NCBI GenBank assembly: GCA_030390025.1
Contig: CM059449.1
Span: 13,640,001 to 13,704,000, forward strand
Source of the DNA: Squalus acanthias
Lineage: Eukaryota
Direction of reading: 5' to 3'
DNA: 64,000 nucleotides
Shown here: one piece after another, positions 60,347 through 64,000 of the stretch
How positions within the stretch are numbered: position 1 is the first letter of the stretch
Layout: the number at the start of each line of letters is the position of its first letter
Translations under genes and position numbers: made by a program
The notes under the pieces: generated by a model
The model's input: only the letters and a program-made list of their open reading frames with translations
Databases searched by the model: none
What the model was told of the DNA's origin: nothing

Positions 60347-61399
60347 AGGATATAGACGCAGCGATAAAGTTTTGCTAAAAGAAGCGTACACTACTAACTA
60401 AAAATCTACCCCTCTACAAAGTGGTAAACAATCAAGAGCTGTTACTTACCGTTCGGTGCCCGCTGTGCTCAGAACATTCTGTATCACTTCCCCCCTGGGA
60501 TGACTTACATTTTGGAGGAGTTTTCTGGCAACCGTCCAAAACTTGTGAACCAATAACGCTAAGCCAGGTCAAACCGAATGCTTTAGAAAGCGGATCTTCC
60601 AGTCCCTAACGAGAAATAATCATCAAATCACGCTTACTATTTCGAAAGAGCTCCGCTTGGAAAATCAAATGCTGGAAATGACCAATGTATTATGAAATGT
60701 AGGTCTGCTTCGGACATCACGTTACTCGGCTGTTAATGTTAACCCATTAGGGTGATTTTTGACTGGCCATTACCCACGGCTGGGAGAAAGCAGGTCATAA
60801 ATAATATTAAGAAGTAGACATCTAATGCTAATGTTAATTTGAACACATTTTCGGCTCTCGGAATATGGAACAATACAGAAAATTACGAAATGAATGTTTT
60901 GTCTTTATGATAATTACAAAGGTCAGAGAGAATATGTTCAGGCAGCCGAGGTTTTGTTCCCAGCGGGTGTAGTCCCATTGCACAAACGTGCCCGCAGTTC
61001 AATACGCCAATTAACAGCGAACTAGTATTCCTACTTAGAGAAGGCACAAGATTATTGATCTTGCAAATGAAATTGTCACACTGAGGCCGCCAATTTTCCG
61101 CTCCTGAGGTTAGGGCTGAGGTCAATAATTGGGGAAGTGTAAGTGACCGTTCTACTGCAAACAGCCCGCACGTTTGTGGAGTGTTTGATGTTGACATTGG
61201 GTGCCTGAAATTTAAAAGTTTCCATTCCCCAACATTTTGTCTTGACTTTGATGAGTACATATGAACTTCTAAATTAAAAACAAAACAAAACTTGTTGGTA
61301 GTGAATAGCAGGTCGATCGGCATCTAAATAGGAAAAACGGGGTACGTTCCATCAGGACAGAAACGCTACTGCTCGTCGACTGTAAGAACGTCTCCAAAT

Positions 61400-61825
61400 G
61401 GGATTGCAACGTAGATTTACTAGATGATACCTGGACTCCAAGGGTTAAATTTCGAGGAGAGATTACACAAACTAGGGCTGTATTCCCTGAAATTTAGTAG
61501 GGGTGATTTGATCTAAGTTGTCAAGATATTAAGGGGAACAGATATGGTAGATAGAGAGAAATTGTCTCCGCTGGTTGAGGGGTTGAGGACGAGGGGACAT
61601 AGCCTAAAAATTAGAGCTAAATCTTTAAGGAATGAACGTAAAGGGTGGTAGAAGTTTGGAACTCTCTTCCGCAAATGGCAATTGATGCTGGGTCAATTGT
61701 AAATTTCCAATCTGAGATTGAAAGATTTTTGTTAATCAAAGGTATTAATGAATATGGGGCAAAGGTAGGTATATGGAGTTAGGTCACAGGTCAGCACAGG
61801 CTAGAGGGGCTGAATGTGTTCCTAA
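61400..61825 (+). mobile_element. CR1 3' fragment
   Basis: Similar to 14265-14708. Confidence 0.8.
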
Positions 61826-63732
61826 GAGCTAGAAGTTTGGTGCATTTGTGCCTCTGGTTAGTGCCCCCGGGGGTGCTAATGGGGCACAAATGACTTTTTG
61901 CCCGGGCGTGGCACCGCTAACAACTTCCGCTAATTTCAGTGGAAGTCTAGCGGCGGCGGTAACCGGTAGCACCCCACTCCACTGTGCAGGTGATGACAAC
62001 GTCATCACCGTGCACAGTACCCCATTTTCACCCCGCCTGCATAATTGGCCCACGCCCCCTGAATCTGCACCGGGCCATGACAGCGACCGATTCAGGGGGC
62101 GGGAGCGGAGTGGCTGGAGGCTTGCGGGGCGCTAAGTAAAGGGGAGGTGGTGGGCAGGGAAAGTACATCGATCGACTTACTCATCGCAGCCCATTGCGTG
62201 TTTGAACGGGGGGTCCATGCCGTGATCTGGCAGCCCGGCACTCTCTTGAGTGCTGGGCTATTGGCAAGGCACCCCGCTCCCCGATGGTCCAGGTAGGGCC
62301 CCGCAGAGTTGCGGGCTTGGGCCCTCCACTTTAGTGAGGGAAGGGGCCCTTCCATGCGGCAGCGCTATGTGGCCCAGTGCGTAGCGCTACAGAACGCACC
62401 ACCCCGATATTTGGGGTTAGCACTCTAAGAAGGAAGTGGAGCACTTGAATTAGCGCTCCACCTCCCTCTTGGAGCACTAAAACTGAAGTTCCCGATCGCC
62501 GGCGCTATTTTTCACGGCGATGTTAGCGGCCCAAAATGGTCGCTAACTAATTTTTCCTAAATGTAGAATGGAAGTTTTTGATTTTTCAATCGCTGGTAAC
62601 TGTCTATTGATTGGGCAGTCAACCCCCACACATGTCATTTTGAATGTTACAAATAAGTTAAGGCAAGTTTTGCTCAGAAAAGATAAACTTGCAAATGGAA
62701 ATGGAAGATTTGTGGAAATTGCAAAAATTAGCAATAAAGCGGCAAAAAACAAAAATAAATGCATCTATATATAATACCTTATCAAGTTTTTCAGAAATAT
62801 CAAGCCCCCAATTTGCCTCAATGTTATGTAACCCACACCCTCAGTTGATATTGCATAAGATACTATTGATAGAGTCCATTATCGCCAAAATAATTATGTA
62901 CCAACTTTTAAAATAATTGTGCATGTCATTTCATTTTGAGTTATTAACAGGTGAGCCAACCTTTTATGCAGATTATAATACCATGCAATAAATTGGTAAG
63001 TATAGATATCTATTTATCTCAGTTCTAGTTTTATTTATCCTTTTGGCATTATTTTGTCCACAGTGGAAGGATCAGGTTTAGTTCAAGTACCTGTTCCTGC
63101 CACATCTCTGGGTTGCACAACTGCCTGGGCTTCAGCACCAGCTCTCGCAGTGGCCAATTTAAAATTAACACGGCCAGAATACCGCCGTACCAATTCATTA
63201 CACCTCTAATATTACCAAGAGCAAGTTCCAGATTATACTTTATTCCTCCCCCCCCCCCTCTCCAAACTTCTCAGTCTCTCAACCCGTTGACTCCTACTGG
63301 TGTCGATCGCCTTCAGTGCATCGCCTATGTAGTCATTTTCTCTGGGCTGATTTCAAACAGTGAGCACTGGCATTCGCCGTGGATGGAACGGGAGAGTACC
63401 TGATATTGCTCTCACCCAGGGCCACAAACGTCCATTTTCCAACAGGGGTCATTTGATATTGCTCAGGAGCAGGTACCCTAGCTGACTTTTCACATTAGCC
63501 CAGGGACATGGCTCCAACTGTCGAGCGCTAACTCTTGTTCCGTTCATCAGCACGAGCCGGAACTGTTCCGAAATGATTCAACCCGTGTTCACAAGAGACA
63601 CAGTAACAAATATTGGGAGGGATGACCGGTAATGGCGTGAGACCTGCAGCAAAGTGTCGGCAATGGTGAGTTGTAAACAGATGATATAGAACGGTCTGAA
63701 AGTCACAAGCGGTTTATTCATCATTATATAAT

Positions 63733-64000
63733 GGCCCGAAAATTAGACCTAATACGGGAGATTACGCACTGTGTACTCTCGCGTATTAGGTCCCGAAGTG
63801 CCGGTTTCCTGCATGCACTGCGCATGCATGGGAAACTGGCACTCATGGCATTGCAAAGGGGGCGGTTCCTAAGTGAACCGCATGCGTGCTACAGGTTGTG
63901 GGCACGCAGCGCACTTAGTTTTTTTTTCAGGTTTGAACACGCAGGTAAGTGTTGAAGATTTTACACATGAAGAAAGCAGGCGTAAGACCCCCTTTTAACA
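63733..64000. mobile_element. MITE end running off the window, same family as 22177-22915
   Basis: Reverse-complement similarity to 22660-22915 (gcactgtgtactctcgcgtatt, gcatgcactgcgcatgc). Confidence 0.65.

Overview
Eukaryotic, repeat-rich vertebrate DNA, most likely from a cartilaginous fish. The repeats point to this: shark-type DeuSINE (SacSINE1-like) and V-SINE (HE1-like) elements, many CR1 LINEs, and Penelope-like, RTE, L2 and Harbinger-type elements. Nearly all long ORFs in the track are transposon fragments. One host gene can be assembled by hand on the minus strand (about 43164 to 32126). It has a signal-peptide exon, three tandem phase-1/phase-1 exons each encoding a complete germline-joined VJ-type Ig domain resembling NKp30/NCR3, a possible 18-nt micro-exon, a transmembrane exon with a lysine, and a short tail. 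This suggests a three-V-domain NKp30-like activating receptor, whereas mammalian NKp30 has one V domain. The two membrane-proximal V exons come from a ~3.3 kb tandem duplication whose junction is a chimeric CR1. Other notable structures: minimal hammerhead ribozyme motifs in four Penelope-like copies; a ~2.5 kb 32-bp minisatellite with higher-order structure inside a SINE; a solo LTR; a nested RTE>CR1>CR1 stack with a twin-priming-like inversion; and an RSS-like signal at the window edge. All exon calls are manual and have no transcript support.
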